A DNA stretch of 64,000 nt from Octopus vulgaris (GCA_951406725.2 OX597819.1:127596001-127660000); one strand, 5' to 3'; shown: positions 44,230-57,761, counted from the stretch's first letter. Numbers and translations: made by a program. Notes: a model not told the origin generated them from the letters alone.

Positions 44230-44392
44230 GGCGTAGGAGTGGCTGTGCGGTAAGTAGCTTGCTTACGAACCACATGGTTCCGGGTTCAGTCCGTCTGTGT
44301 GGTAACTTGGGCAAGTGTCTTCTACTATAGCCTCGGGCCGACCAAAGTCTTGTGAGTGGATTTGGTAGACGGAAACTGAAAGAAGCCCGTCG

Positions 44393-44429
<37 letters not shown>

Positions 44430-44667
44430 TTGTGTGTGTGTGTGTATGTTTGTGTGTCTGTGTTTGTCCCCTCCCCCAACATCGCTTGACAACCGATGGT
44501 GGTGTGTTTACGTCCCCGTCACTTAGCGGTTCAGCGAAAAAGACCGATAGAATAAGTACTAGGCATCCAAAGAATAAGTCCTGGGGGTCGATCTGCTCGA
44601 CTAAAGGTGGTGCTCCAGCATGTCCACAGTCAAATGACTGAAACAAAGGAATAAAGAACAAAAGAAT
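44230..44667 (+). mobile_element. Full-length SINE family B (tRNA head, CORE-like domain, internal TA/TG microsatellite, tail)
   Basis: A box tggctgtgcgg, B box gggttcagtcc, ttgggcaagtgtctt; homologous to 50703-51105 and 61273-61807. Confidence 0.92.
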
Positions 44668-45167
44668 AATATCTTGAAGTGAATATAGGTTTAGGAGAAT
44701 TAGAAATTAGAACTTTTGGATATACGAATGCACTATTATAGTCAAGGACCGTCAGAGAAAGAAATTCCCCCTACTTGGAGTATCGGTCTCCCCCCAAAAA
44801 ACTATATAAACTATAATTTATCTTTCAAAGAAATGGAGAATTACCTATTCAGAAAGATCTAGAAATTAAGATACTACAAATGTGGTGGTAGTATAGAAAC
44901 AGAAAGCACTCATATAGCCATAGATGTTTGGGTGGCTTACGATCAAGGAAGTGGCTTGTTTCTCCTTTCCACTTCATCTAAGAGAAATCAGTTTTGAATA
45001 TCACTTATAAGGAATTGAGGATTTAATCAACACTGTATCAAACCAAAACGATAGAATCGATTGACTCATGAGCACGATAGGCGTCTATCAATGGTAAGTT
45101 ATTATTATTGACTCCAACGGATGGAAAAATGAAAATTAGTTATCACATTTTGCATTGACTGGTATAA

Positions 45168-45769
45168 GAAGGCGGCGAGCTGGCAAAAGCGTTAGCACGC
45201 CGGGCAAAATGCCTAGCGGTGCTTCGCCTGCCGCTACGTTCTGAGTTCAAATTCCGCCGAGGTCGACTTTACCTTTCATCCTTTCGGGGTCGATAAATTA
45301 AGTACTAGTTACGCACTGGGGTCGATGTAATCGACTTAATACCTATGTCTGTCCTTGTTTGTCCCCTCTGTGTTTAGCCCCTTGTGGGTAATAAAGAAAT
45401 AGGTATTTCGTCTGCCGCTACGTTCTGAGTTCAAATTCCGCCGAGGTCGACTTTGCCTTTCATCCTTTCGGGGTCGATTAAATAAGTACCAGTCACGCAC
45501 TGGGGTCGATATAATCGACTTAATCCGTTTGTCTGTCCTTGTTTGTCCCCTCTGTGTTTAGCCCCTTGTGGGTAATAAAGAAATAGGTATTTCGTCTGCC
45601 GCTACGTTTTGAGTTCAAATTCCGCCGAGGTCGATTTTACCTTTCATCCTTTTGGGGTCGATTAAATAAGTACCAGTTATGCACTGTGGTCGATATAATC
45701 GACTTAATCCGTTTGTCTGTCCTTCATTGTCCTCTCTGTGTTTAGCCCCTTGTGGGTAGTAAAGAAATA
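45168..45769 (+). mobile_element. SINE family A trimer (one head, three 184-bp bodies)
   Basis: Units restart at 45402 and 45586; single TSD ggtataa at 45161-45167 and 45770-45776. Confidence 0.92.
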
Positions 45770-46647
45770 GGTATAACATTGGTGCAAGGGCTATGGCTAA
45801 GAATGGAACCAGTTTAGTACAACACGTTTTATCGGGAATTACCAACTCATACTAATCTAATGCACATAAAAAAGAATGAAAGTGACGGAAAACGAAAACA
45901 TAAAAAATTAACCAAATATATAAACGAGATACCGTTATGGACAACATTCCTTAAACACAAACCGCTTCCACCATCTTTTGTCACTACCACCAGCCACACA
46001 ACCACAACCGAATCAATCAGGAAATAAACATCTTGCCAGTGTTTTTCCTTCTCGTTCACAGTTACACCAGCGGCCATTTTCGATCGATCATTGTATTGTA
46101 GTTTTCTGTCAAAACATCATCTTTCGTCTGTTACGATGCGGTTTGTGCGGTTTATTTTCTTGGCGCTTTTGTTTTCTTTTGATATTTTACTTCCTTCCCA
46201 TCTTTAATTTTCTTTCGTTATTTCTTTCATTCATTTTGCCTCGTCTCTCATTCATTCCTTCTTTATTTCTTGCTTTCTTCCTTTATACATGTTATCGATG
46301 TATATATCTCTTATTATATTTTCCTCACTATCACTCCGTCTTTACTTCCTTCTTTTACTTTTTAAGACAATTTCAATGTTGAGTGACATTATCATTTTTA
46401 TATATTGGCATATAGTTTCTTCATTCTTTCCGACTCTCACTCTTTCGCAGTTTTTCTTCTTTTTCTCTCCCCGTTTCTTTATTTATAATCCCTTCTTTTT
46501 CTCACTGTCTTATCCCAATCTTGTTTTCCTGTCTATTTTTACTAACACCAATTTACTAACTTTTGCTGCTCTTTTTGCTTCAATACTTGAATGTGCCACT
46601 CCACATATATACAAATTAGATATCTATCTATCTTTTTATCCACCTAC

Positions 46648-46711
<64 letters not shown>

Positions 46712-46723
46712 AACTATCTTTAA

Positions 46724-46779
<56 letters not shown>

Positions 46780-46780
46780 T

Positions 46781-46917
46781 AATTTCTGTTTCTTTCTGTG
46801 GAAGAGCGTAGGCTCGAAACGTTAAAGTCTGTCTCACTTCCCGAGCGTTAAACTAATACGTCTGTTTGTTGTCTACACCACCTGTCTTCGTCTTTTGTTT
46901 TTTTGCGAATTCTCCCT
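46781..46917 (+). mobile_element. HHR-like family 2 element, copy c
   Basis: Motif cttt-CTGTGGA-A-GAGC-gtag-GCTC-GAAACGT-T-aaag at 46792-46827; embedded in (TATC)n. Confidence 0.85.
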
Positions 46918-46918
46918 A

Positions 46919-46991
<73 letters not shown>

Positions 46992-47055
46992 GCCTGTCTG
47001 CCTGCCTGTCTGCTTGCCTGTCTGTCTGTCCGTCTGTCTGTTTATCTCTCTCACC

Positions 47056-47108
<53 letters not shown>

Positions 47109-47169
47109 TATATATAGAGAGAGAGAGGGAGATAGATAGATAAACAGACAGACGGACAGACATATATAA

Positions 47170-47588
47170 AAGGTGTTCCAGAATTAACTAGGTATTTCAG
47201 TGAAGTCGGACATTTTTTTTTAAAAACTCAATTTATTTATGATTATCATGCGTAATATGCTAAAAGTGTACAAATTTTAAATTCTGTTTTATAATCTTAT
47301 AATTATTATAATATATTTTTATGATTTTATTTTCATTCCTGTTGGATACCGCTTATCTTAATTTGGCTGCAATTTTCTCAACGTCCTTCTCCAGAATGGA
47401 GCAATAGTTTAGCAGAACTTAAAGAATGCATTCAGTTAGCAGTTCAAGGGATAACGCCTGAAATGCTTCAAATTGATGCGAAATTTGCACAGAAACAGAC
47501 AAAGAGAACAGGAAAATTTTCAATTAACACTTGCCGTAAGATTTAACTTCCCTGACTTCATTGAAACATTTAATTCTTGGAAACCGTA
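47170..47588 (+). mobile_element. Tc1/mariner-derived non-autonomous element
   Basis: Degenerate TIRs (ttccagaattaa..tttcagtgaagtc / gacttcattgaaa..ttaattcttggaa); remnant AELKECIQLAVQGITPEML like a transposase C-terminus. Confidence 0.65.
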
Positions 47589-47594
47589 AATACG

Positions 47595-47625
<31 letters not shown>

Positions 47626-47642
47626 TTATATATGTACATGTA

Positions 47643-47680
<38 letters not shown>

Positions 47681-47907
47681 AATGTAATTGAAACAGTTGT
47701 TGAACTTTTAATGTCTGATCTAAAATAGAGATATGATTTTCTTTGTAAATATTATTTACCTGTCATGGATGAGGATTTAACTGGGATTTGTACTCTACTT
47801 AGATTTACTGGTATCTGATTGTTGGAAATTTAAACTTATCCCTTTATTATGAGTGCATAATTGATATATGCAGAACTTTTAATCCCACTTTTTCTTATAT
47901 ATATATA

Positions 47908-48020
47908 TAGCCACTACACATTCTTTATTTTTCTCTCCGTTTCTTTCTGTGTTTCTTTCTGTAGAAGAGCGTAGGCTCGAAACGTTAAAGACTTTTCACT
48001 TCCCGAGCGTTAAACTAATA
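47908..48020 (+). mobile_element. HHR-like family 2 element, copy d (3' truncated)
   Basis: Motif tcttt-CTGTAGA-A-GAGC-gtag-GCTC-GAAACGT-T-aaaga at 47954-47991; follows (TA)n. Confidence 0.85.
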
Positions 48021-48033
48021 TTCACTTGGACGA

Positions 48034-48105
48034 TCGCACCGATGATCTACGGATATTTATGTAAGTAAAATTACGTAATATGTTAATAGTGAAACATGTA
48101 TGCGA
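48034..48105 (+). ncRNA. Type I hammerhead motif, third family (U4C variant)
   Basis: tcgca-CCGATGA-[AT-rich hairpin]-GAAAC-AT-GTA-tgcga; 5-bp stem I, palindromic ACATGT stem III, GUA triplet. Confidence 0.7.
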
Positions 48106-48278
48106 ATAATCCTTATTTTTATTGCTTTTTCTATTGTCTTCCTCGATTACGTTTTGGTTGTTTTGCTGAATTTTTCTTTAGAACATTTCTTAGTGGTAAG
48201 ACCATAGCGTATCTATTTCTAGCATAAGGGTGTCCACATAGTGGTATCCCTCTAATATGTATATATATGTGTGTGTGT

Positions 48279-48322
<44 letters not shown>

Positions 48323-49671
48323 GTGTATATATATGTATGTATGTATGTATGTATACTCAAATATCTACAAAGAAATGTGTGCCCTATCATATATCATATA
48401 TCTCGATTTGCGTGTGTGAGAGAGAGAGATTATGTAAGCGATTTTAAAGAGTGCAGAAGTTTTGGCAAATCATTAATTGGCTTATCACCATCCCATCTTC
48501 AAGGAGTTAGTCATAAAGCATTGAAGACGGTAACATAGACAGGTTACAAATTGTTAATTTCCAGCTGGAAACAGGTTAGCAAAAAAATGCAGTCTTCGCA
48601 GACTGGGACATAAAATATATAAACATTATATCAGGCTGCCTTTTTAAAAATACCTAGGATTACTCTACGTTTATGTTTTCTATATGTTTTTCTGCGGAAA
48701 CTTTATTTTCCCGCCAGTTTAGTTTCAACAGGATCTGTAACTACTTGTTTAGGAACGGGAAAATGAAATTCAAGGAAGCAACTCGCTAAATGTTTGCTGC
48801 TGATAATCATTTCGTATACTTGCATACACAACTCTGATAGAAATATGTATGCGTATATATCGGTATGCATGTGTGTATGCATGCACGTGTGTGTGTTTGT
48901 ATATGTATGTATGGATATGCATATGTATAATTATATATATATATATATACCATTGCTCTAATGTTAAAAAAGCTATCATGTTTACAGGTTCTTGTCCTAC
49001 TGGCAGCCTTCAACTTTTCCGTCCAAAGGATTTTTAGCCCAACAGTAACATCCTTTTATTAATAGTTTTCTTTCAGATTCGCCTTTCCGGAAAAAGAAGA
49101 AAGCGGGAATTATTATATGTATTGTATTGTTTATATATGTTTCCTCCTTACTGTTCCTTTCTCTCTATACCCAAGATGAAAATGGGGTAGAGCTTTCCAT
49201 AAACAATTTTTACAAGGGAGTGGAACAATGTATCCCCTACCAGTGTTCTGGGATTATGTACTTGACGCTCAGTTTGAACATCTGTAGCTTATTATGTGCA
49301 GAGAAAGAAAACGCATTTGAAAAGGAAATTTCAAAATATTTCAGTGCAGGGAAGAAAGAACTGGGATAGTGTTTCGTACCCAGTCTGTGAGATGATACGT
49401 AATAAGATACGTCATTAGAAGAAACGGGTGGATCGTGTGTTCACGAGTAGAAAGGATTTGCTGTTAACAAATTTCATTAGATAAAATGTCAGTTTTTGTA
49501 GCATTAAAAGCAGAAGGAAGAGGAAACGACATTCCGTGAGTCAGTGTTTGAGTCCTTTCGCAAATGAAACTTTGCCATTCAGTTGAATTGCTTACTTTTG
49601 AGTTAATGTCATATAAAATATTTGTGCAGAGGAGTATGTGCTCGTTAATATCTATGTATGTGTATATATGA

Positions 49672-49965
49672 GAGGTATCAGGCTCACAATCATGAGGTAG
49701 TGAGTTCGATTCCTGGACCGGGCTGTGCGTTGTGTTCTTGAGCAAGACACTTTATTTCACGTTGATCCAGTTCACTCAGCTGTAGAAATGAGTTGCGATG
49801 TTACTGGTACCAAGCTAGATCGGCCATTGGCTTTCCCTTGGAAAACATGTAGCGTGGAGAGGAGAGGCTGGTATGCATGGGTGACTGCTGGTCTTCCATA
49901 AATAACCATGCGCGGACCTGTGCTTCGGAAGGTAACTTTCTAAGTGCAATCCCATGGTCATAAGA
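49672..49965 (+). mobile_element. CORE-like tRNA SINE (family D)
   Basis: B box gagttcgattcc, then ttgagcaagacactttatttcacgttg...cactcagctgtagaaatgag. Confidence 0.85.
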
Positions 49966-50702
49966 GACTTGAAAATATTCTGAACAATGAACTTGGCACG
50001 AGGAAAGTGATCAACTGAATGCGCTTCTGATGAGGTGGTAGATGACCTGGGACTCACTGAACAGAAACTTTTCTCGTGCCTGCTATAGCACGGAGAAAAT
50101 TGTAGCCACCTACGAAACTACCGGGTTCGCGGAAGACTATAGATGTCCCAATTTCTTGCTTAAACATTATGTACAAACTGCACGCAAGTTGCCTCAACCA
50201 AATTATACATACATACATACATACATACATACATACATACATAATTCACATACTTGTGTACTAAAGTGACATGCACACGTGCGACGAGAGTGCAAGTTTA
50301 TCCACACCCCACCTCCACACACAAATATACACATAAATGCACACTAACTCATATATCTACACACCACAAGAGTTGTATTGACATAAACGAAAATGTCTAG
50401 TCATTTTATTATTGAGCAGCTTGAATTCTGTGGGGGGAAAATAAGTAGAACCCCCCAAAAAATGGCATACATGCATGTATGCATACATTTGTCCATACGG
50501 GCTTCTAAACATACGTAAATGCATATTTACATATATGAATCTCCGGTCTTTATGATGACCTCCACATTATATATAACAAACTACTCCCATATCTGCTGAG
50601 TGACTTAGACGAAATTTGATTCGAAACATAAGTACTTATGTAGGACACTCATTATAAATTAAAAGAATACAAACCTTACTCTACATTTACGAATATATTA
50701 AG

Positions 50703-51105
50703 TTTTTTACTTGTTTCAGTCATTTGACTGCGGCCATGCTGGAGCACCACCTTATATTTAGTCGAGCAAATCGACCCCAGGACTTATTCTTTGTAAGTCT
50801 AGTACTTATTCTATCGGTCTCTTTTGCCGAACCGTTAAGTTACGGGGACGTAAACACACCAGTATCAGTTGTCAAGCGATGTTGGGGGGACAAATGCAGA
50901 CACACAAACATTATACACACACATATACATATATATATACATATATACGATGGGCTTCTTTCAGTTTCCATCTCCCAAATCCACTCACAAGGCTTTGGTC
51001 GGCCCGAGGCTATAGTAGAAGACACTTACTCAAGGTGCCACGCAGAGAGACTGAACCCAGAACCATGTGGTTCGTAAGCAAGCTACTTACCACACAGCCA
51101 CTCCT
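50703..51105 (-). mobile_element. SINE family B, near full length
   Basis: Reverse-complement match to 44230-44667. Confidence 0.92.
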
Positions 51106-51210
51106 AAGTTTCTTTTTTTTTTGTAGATGACCAGCTTGAGCTTAGAGGTTTATACTCCCACAAGGGCGTGTGAATACATACATACACACACATACAGACG
51201 CGCACGCACG

Positions 51211-51242
<32 letters not shown>

Positions 51243-51274
51243 CACACACACACATATATATATATTAATCTCGA

Positions 51275-51507
51275 CAAGGATGGTCAAAAGTCATCCGACA
51301 TTAAATCAAAACCATTTCATTCCAAGATTTATTTATATTTAGTAACTGAATGAATTTAATAAAAGCATCTAAACATGGAACCTCGAGTAAATTGTTCAAA
51401 CTGATGTCCTTCTTCAGCGACACATTTTTCCATTCGAGTCAATACAGAATTACAGATAGTATTTATGGTATCCTGATTTACTGTCGGGTGACTTCTGGTC
51501 AACCCTG
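51275..51507. mobile_element. Tc1/mariner-type MITE
   Basis: TIRs caaggatggtcaaaagtcatccgaca / tgtcgggtgacttctggtcaaccctg, TA on the right. Confidence 0.8.
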
Positions 51508-51882
51508 TATATGTATACATGTATGTCTGTTTGTTTATATATATATACGACAATCTTTTTTCAGTTTCCGTCTAATAAATCCACTCAAAAGATTTGGTCG
51601 GCCCGTGGATAAAGTAAAAAATACTTGACCAAGGTACCTCGCAGTGAGATTGAAACAGGAAGCATGTGGTTGGGATATATTCATATATATATATATATAT
51701 ATAAAATATTAGAAAAAAACACCTTTAATCAATTCAAAATGAATAATTAAATTACACCATATAGAAAAGTTAAAATTAAAATAACAATAAAAAGTAAAGA
51801 TTAAGTAAATTACAAATTTATATATATATTATATTGTGTGCAAGTTGATTTAGTATTTCTAAATTGAATTCTTTTTCCTTGT

Positions 51883-51927
51883 TAGTTTGGATTTTATTCC
51901 CTCAAATAATAATTATTAATAAATAAC

Positions 51928-51975
<48 letters not shown>

Positions 51976-52016
51976 TTTATTAATAATTATTATTTGAGGA
52001 AATAAAATCCAAACTA
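51883..52016. repeat. Inverted repeat (~46-bp arms) centred on (TA)n
   Basis: tagtttggattttattccctcaaataataattattaataaataacta / tagttatttattaataattattatttgaggaaataaaatccaaacta. Confidence 0.95.
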
Positions 52017-52257
52017 TATATTTACACACACACCCGTTCTCCTCACGTCTACATTTCACAAACACATTGATCGTAGCCCCGTCTAATTTATAATTAGTTG
52101 TTGAGCACTCTCAGTGGATAACTATCTCGATGAGATGAATTAAGATGTATCCTGTGAGGTTCATGTGTGTCTCGTTACCACACACACCCACATATGTAGG
52201 GGTGTCTGGATGTATCATACACAAACACTCACACAATACACGCACACACATGCCTCA

Positions 52258-52296
<39 letters not shown>

Positions 52297-54247
52297 CACG
52301 CATCACACGACATAAATCAGGCACACACAGACATACACTTCCGCAACCTTCTTCCCTCACCGAACCCATCATCCCTTTACATTCCCCCATCTATTTTTCT
52401 CCTTCTTTCCACTTATCACATCCCCCGCTCCTCTTCCTCCATCATCACCGTTCTTTTCTTCTGATTCACTTCCCATCCCACTCACCTACTTCACTCTCCT
52501 TATCTCTCACTCTCTCTCCTTCACTTAACACGACTCCCCTTTCTCCCTCACAGTCCTGTCCCCTTATGGTTTACAACTCCACATCTTGTTCATCATTTTC
52601 GACTTCGTCATTCATTTGTTCTTTTTTTTTTATTCCATTTAAACTTTTTATTGCTATTGTTGTTATTTATGTATCAATCGTATTACAATTCTTATATTCT
52701 CATTGTTGTTGCCGTTATTATTGATGCTGTTGTTATCAACGTTGTCGTTTTTGTTATTCTATCAATTGTATTGTAATCCATCACCGATGTTTTTATTTCT
52801 ATTTTTTCTCCTATAGGTCGGGCGCCATTTCGGTGACTCTTAAATTCGCGGCGAGTCCAAAAGTGATTCTGAATTTTCAGTTTAACTCGTTTTGCTCACA
52901 TCTTGAAAAGCCTCATGAAAAATGTAAACTTGAACATCACAACATCTCAATTTCCTTTCCTGCCTTTCATTATTTTTGTCTCTTTTGTTCTTTCGTTATA
53001 TTTCTCCTTCCATATTTTCTGCCTCTCCCACCTCCTTTCTCTCGGAAATTCGAAGCTTCATATTTATATTACCTTTATCAGAAATAGAAGCAGTTAAAGT
53101 ATTCTTGAAGATTCCGCTTGCTGCTAGACTCAGTGTATTCTTTCAATATTCTTTCAATAACAATTGGTGAGCCAATGATGGAGTCGCACAAGGAGTGGCA
53201 CGAAACCGGAACCATGTGGTTGCGAAATAAGCTTCATACCACCCATCCACGACTGCGCCTCGTGACTTTTGGTAAGAGCACTTGGAATTTGTTTACTGTC
53301 TTAAGGCTGAAAAATATTATTTGAGTGAGATTTGGCTGCTATTTTTAGCAAATCACTTGAATAACTTGAGGTACTTTTGTTGTATCAAAACAGTTCGGTA
53401 GACTGCTTCTATGTCAAACACAGTTTCGATTCCCAATCTGAGTATTTTTACTTGCAAAAGTCACAGACTTCACACGATTTTCTAATTACTCCTAAGGGAC
53501 ATCGTATAATAGTGTGACACAACGATAAATCCTCGTTGAACTAAATCAATGACACGGTTTCGATCCGCAGCTAGAATGGTTGAACTAATTCGCTTTCAAT
53601 ATATATAATTTGGTTGCCTACCGTTTCTGAATTGAAATCCCACTGGAGATGCCGCAAATAAGTTCCTGTAATAAATTTGCGGCGTTCAGCTGAACCAAAG
53701 GCGAAGAATATTACATCATCTCTTGCAATGTCAAAACTATTATTGTAATCTACTCAGATAAAAATGTAAAGCAAGGCACCGAGATAAGTTGTTTTGTTTC
53801 ATGTGCAGTTCATTTTACCGCTCGTACCTCTTCATCTACGTCTAACACTTCAGACGTTATAATGACATTAGCGGGTGTTATAATCTCGCCCGATAATACA
53901 TCACAGTTTTTCGTAATTTCAGCAACGAACCAATGCGCATCTATATGTGCGTGTGTATCCCTACGTACCTACGTATGCATTAATGTATGTATGTATGTAT
54001 GTATGTATGTATGTATGTATGTATGTATGTATGTATGTATGTATGTATGTATGTATGCATGTATGTATGTATGTATGTATGTATGTATGTATGTATGTAT
54101 GCATGCATGTATGTATGAGTGAATCTTACGCACACACATAATATGTCTGTCTCCAACTTTAAACATACCGCTGTTTAACACATTTAATCAGGTTACATAC
54201 CACAATTTCATATATAAAAATTAAAGAGTCTCATATGTGTGTGAGAG

Positions 54248-54298
<51 letters not shown>

Positions 54299-55185
54299 TA
54301 CATACGCCCATTTACTGAGGTAAAACTTACCGTGTTTATGTCTTCCTGGGAGTAACCCTTTCTGGCTTCCCCACTTTCTCTCATATCTTATTTGTATGTT
54401 TGTAATCCTTTTTCACCCAACTTAACGTCCGGTTATTATTTTCTTCATATTGCTTCCCCTTTTCATGTATAGCCTTGGTGGGTTTCAGTCTCATTGTATA
54501 TTCGTTTTGGATTGGGACAGTTATCGGCATTTAGAGATGCGTATATACACAGGCGCACCCACACAGATATAAAATAAATATGTGCATACATGTGTGTGTG
54601 CGTGCGTGGGCGTGAGTGAATGCGTGTGCGTATGTGCGAGTTTGTGTGTGTGTGAACATATATTCATGCATGCATGCATATAAGTATACATATTTGTATG
54701 TAAATATGTATACGTAAATTTAGATACTTACATACGTATATACAAGTGTATGAATGTATATGTATATATATAGTACACACACACACACATATATTTATAT
54801 ATATCACGTACATACATAATATGTACATACATACTTACAAATATTTATGTGTATGCATGTAGGTATTATGTATTTATGTACGTATATATGTATATAGTTA
54901 TGTATGTATGAATTATGTATGTGTGTATGAATGTATGAATGTGTGCGATACGGTACTCATTTAAGGGTTCAAATGAGTACTTGAAATGCTTAGTGTGTAA
55001 AACAACGTTTCAGAAATCATGCAATACGAAAGGAAATCATAGAGAGAGAGAAAGAGATAGGAAGGTGAGAGAGAAAAGAGTAGGACGTTCAAAATAGAAC
55101 TGGCGGAAGATCCGGAGGAAAAAGTGAGAAAAGCCAGAAGTTCAAGTCGGGGGTTGGTGCTGAGTGGAGAGGTGCATAATTTAGA

Positions 55186-55228
<43 letters not shown>

Positions 55229-55550
55229 TGTGTGTATGTGTGTGTATTCACACGCCCTTGCGTGAGTATGAACCTCTAAGCTCAAGCTGGTCATCTACAA
55301 AAAAAACTTAATATATACGTAAATGTAGTGTAAGGTTTGTATTTTTTTAATTTATAATAAATTCTTATAATTTATAATGTGTGTGTGTATGTGTTATCAC
55401 ATATGTTATGTGTATGAAGAGACTAGTTCAGCTGCGAAAGTCATTTCCATGTCCGAATGTACAGGAACGCGTTAAATATGATTGTACGCACATACATTTC
55501 ACTCAACACTTCTTAGTACACTTCAACCTTATCAACTTCATATATATATA

Positions 55551-55668
55551 TCACGTGATCACGTGACCGACCAGTCCATCAGATGTAGTTACACATCGCT
55601 GGTCATAATGCGTTCGCATTGTTTTAGCCTTCGAATGACGCCACCCTGCTGGCTAAGCGAGCAGGCCA
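55551..55668 (-). mobile_element. SINE family D 3' portion
   Basis: catcgctggtcataatgcg...ttcgaatgacgccacc matches 32505-32580. Confidence 0.75.
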
Positions 55669-55706
<38 letters not shown>

Positions 55707-55806
55707 CTGTGTGTGTGTGTGTCTGTGTGTGTCTGTGTGTCTGTGTCTGTGTGTGTGTGTGTGTGTGTATTATGTATATACATATACATGTGTGTGTGTG
55801 TACATA

Positions 55807-56678
55807 CAGGATGGGTGAAAAGTAAGTAGGCATTAAAAATTGGTAATAAAATCCATATTCCTTTTATAACTTTATTGAAGCAAATTATACATATTCTTTA
55901 TTACATGGGAAAATGAAAGTAAATCTTCATATTACAACATAAGCAACGGTGGCGTGAACCAGTTTCCTCGAACAACCAGGAATTGAATGAACAACCTTCT
56001 GAAGGACGTCGTCAGGGATATCATTGTGAACTCCTGAATCCATGTCTCCAAGTCCTCCAGTGTGCGCGGTTATGTCTTGTACACCTCCTCATTTGTGTAA
56101 CCCTACAGGTAAAAATCACATGGAGTGAAATCTGGACTTCTTGGAGATCATTCCATAATCCATTCAAAGGTCACATTCTTCTGTTTTTAGCTCTTGTGTA
56201 TAATGGGGTTTCCACGAACGAAAATTTAATCCTTTATGTAACATCGTACATAGTATGTGTCTTAGTCCATTTTCACGAACTTCTTGGCGTGTTGACTTTT
56301 GCGGGTTGCGATTAAACGTTTCCTGCACTGTTGCCACGTACACCGCTGATCGGGATGTGGTTGGACGGCCACTTCTTCTTGCATCGTTCACAGAGCCCAT
56401 GGTCATTAGCTTTGCATGACAACTTTTTATTGTCTCCGGACGTAGTGTTGCATGCTTACCTTTCCATGCACGCAACCATCTGTGAGCCAAAACAACGGAA
56501 TTCCACACTTCATTGCGTGTTGCTATCTTAGCTCGTTCCTGAGCAGTCAAGCGAGCGGTCATCTGGAAAATAAGAAATAAGACAATAAGACAATAAGAAA
56601 TCCCCATTAGTGTTGTCTGTTTAAAAAAATATATTTTCAAGCAATTTCTAATGCCTAGTTACTTTTTCACCTACCCGG
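55807..56678 (-). mobile_element. Tc1/mariner-superfamily element (DUF4817-type N-terminal HTH, rosa/DD41D-like), internally deleted
   Basis: TIRs caggatgggtgaaaagtaagtaggcatta / taatgcctagttactttttcacctacccgg flanked by TA; ORF 56164-56640 (GSVNDARRSGRP, NPQKSTRQ) joined directly to SPRSPDFTPCDFYL*GY. Confidence 0.88.
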
Positions 56679-56754
56679 TATATATAACATACATACACAC
56701 AGACACACACACACACAGACACACACTTATAAATGTATGTGGGGGGGGGGGGTC

Positions 56755-57293
56755 TTGGGTCATCTCATAAATAATGCGATTTTTCAATTGCATTAACTAA
56801 AAGTCGGAGGGGAACTGGATAAACAACCTGCATCAACTTTCTCTAAAAGCAGATAGTAATTTTACCGTGTCTTTATTCTTAGTGAAGTTCAATTTCAAGT
56901 CCTTTTTTCACTATAATGGAAGTGACAAAGGAACATATTCGGCATATTTTGCTTTATGGGTTCAATAAAGGCAACAACACAACGGTAAGTGTGAGGAATA
57001 TTAATGCAGTATATGAGGATCGGACAATAAGCGTAAGCTAGTTCCAACAATCGTTTCAGAAATTCCGAGCCGGAAACTACAGCCTAGGAGACGAGACTCG
57101 TCCTGGAAGATCTGTAGAGCTGTATGAGGACATCCTACATACCCTGGAGGAATAAAATACCATCGTAACTGTCGAGGAACTAGTCATTGAACCAGTCATT
57201 CAAGTCAACGCTAAAAGTAAAACGACCATCTTTGGTTTCAAGACGGAAGGTATTCTTTAAACAAGATAATGTTCGGCCATATACAACGAAGAT
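56755..57293 (+). mobile_element. Mariner, same deleted family as 2032-2942, 3' truncated
   Basis: TIR ttgggtcatctcataaataatgcg; ATG 56916 MEVTKEHIRHILLYGFNKGNN...RPGRS. Confidence 0.9.
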
Positions 57294-57761
57294 ATATACA
57301 TAGACACGGACACACACATAGACACAGACACACACACAGACACAGAGACACACATAGACACAGACACACACACAGACACAGAGACACACATAGACACAGA
57401 CACACACACACATATATATACATATCTCATTTCGTTATGTGACCTCAGTATTTAATGTGCTAATAAAACGTCGTATACATTCCGTTTCACTTTTCAATCG
57501 GATATTCCGCGTTTTGGAGAACCCAACTGTAACAAAATATATTTTCTCTATATTTTGTTTTAAAATATCTCTAACGAGACCTTATATACCCAATGGATTT
57601 AAATGAGGATTCGGAAAACATATGGACAGCAATAATAGTTATATAAACAATTACACATACTATGTATCCCTACACACTTAAAATATACGTCAGACACGAA
57701 CGTATATACATAAGCACTTATACAAACGTATATACATAAGAATTTATAAGTGAGTGAAATC

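Noticed and set aside
45168-45769. CRISPR-like or tRNA-gene array
   Set aside because: Units are near-identical SINE bodies without unique spacers; SINE heads have A/B boxes but no full cloverleaf.
49692-49715. let-7-like TGAGGTAGT
   Set aside because: Only the first 9 nt match; it is part of a SINE head next to the B box, with no precursor hairpin.
54953-54980. 10-bp hairpin gtactcattt/aaatgagtac
   Set aside because: Isolated and short; can arise by chance in AT-rich sequence.
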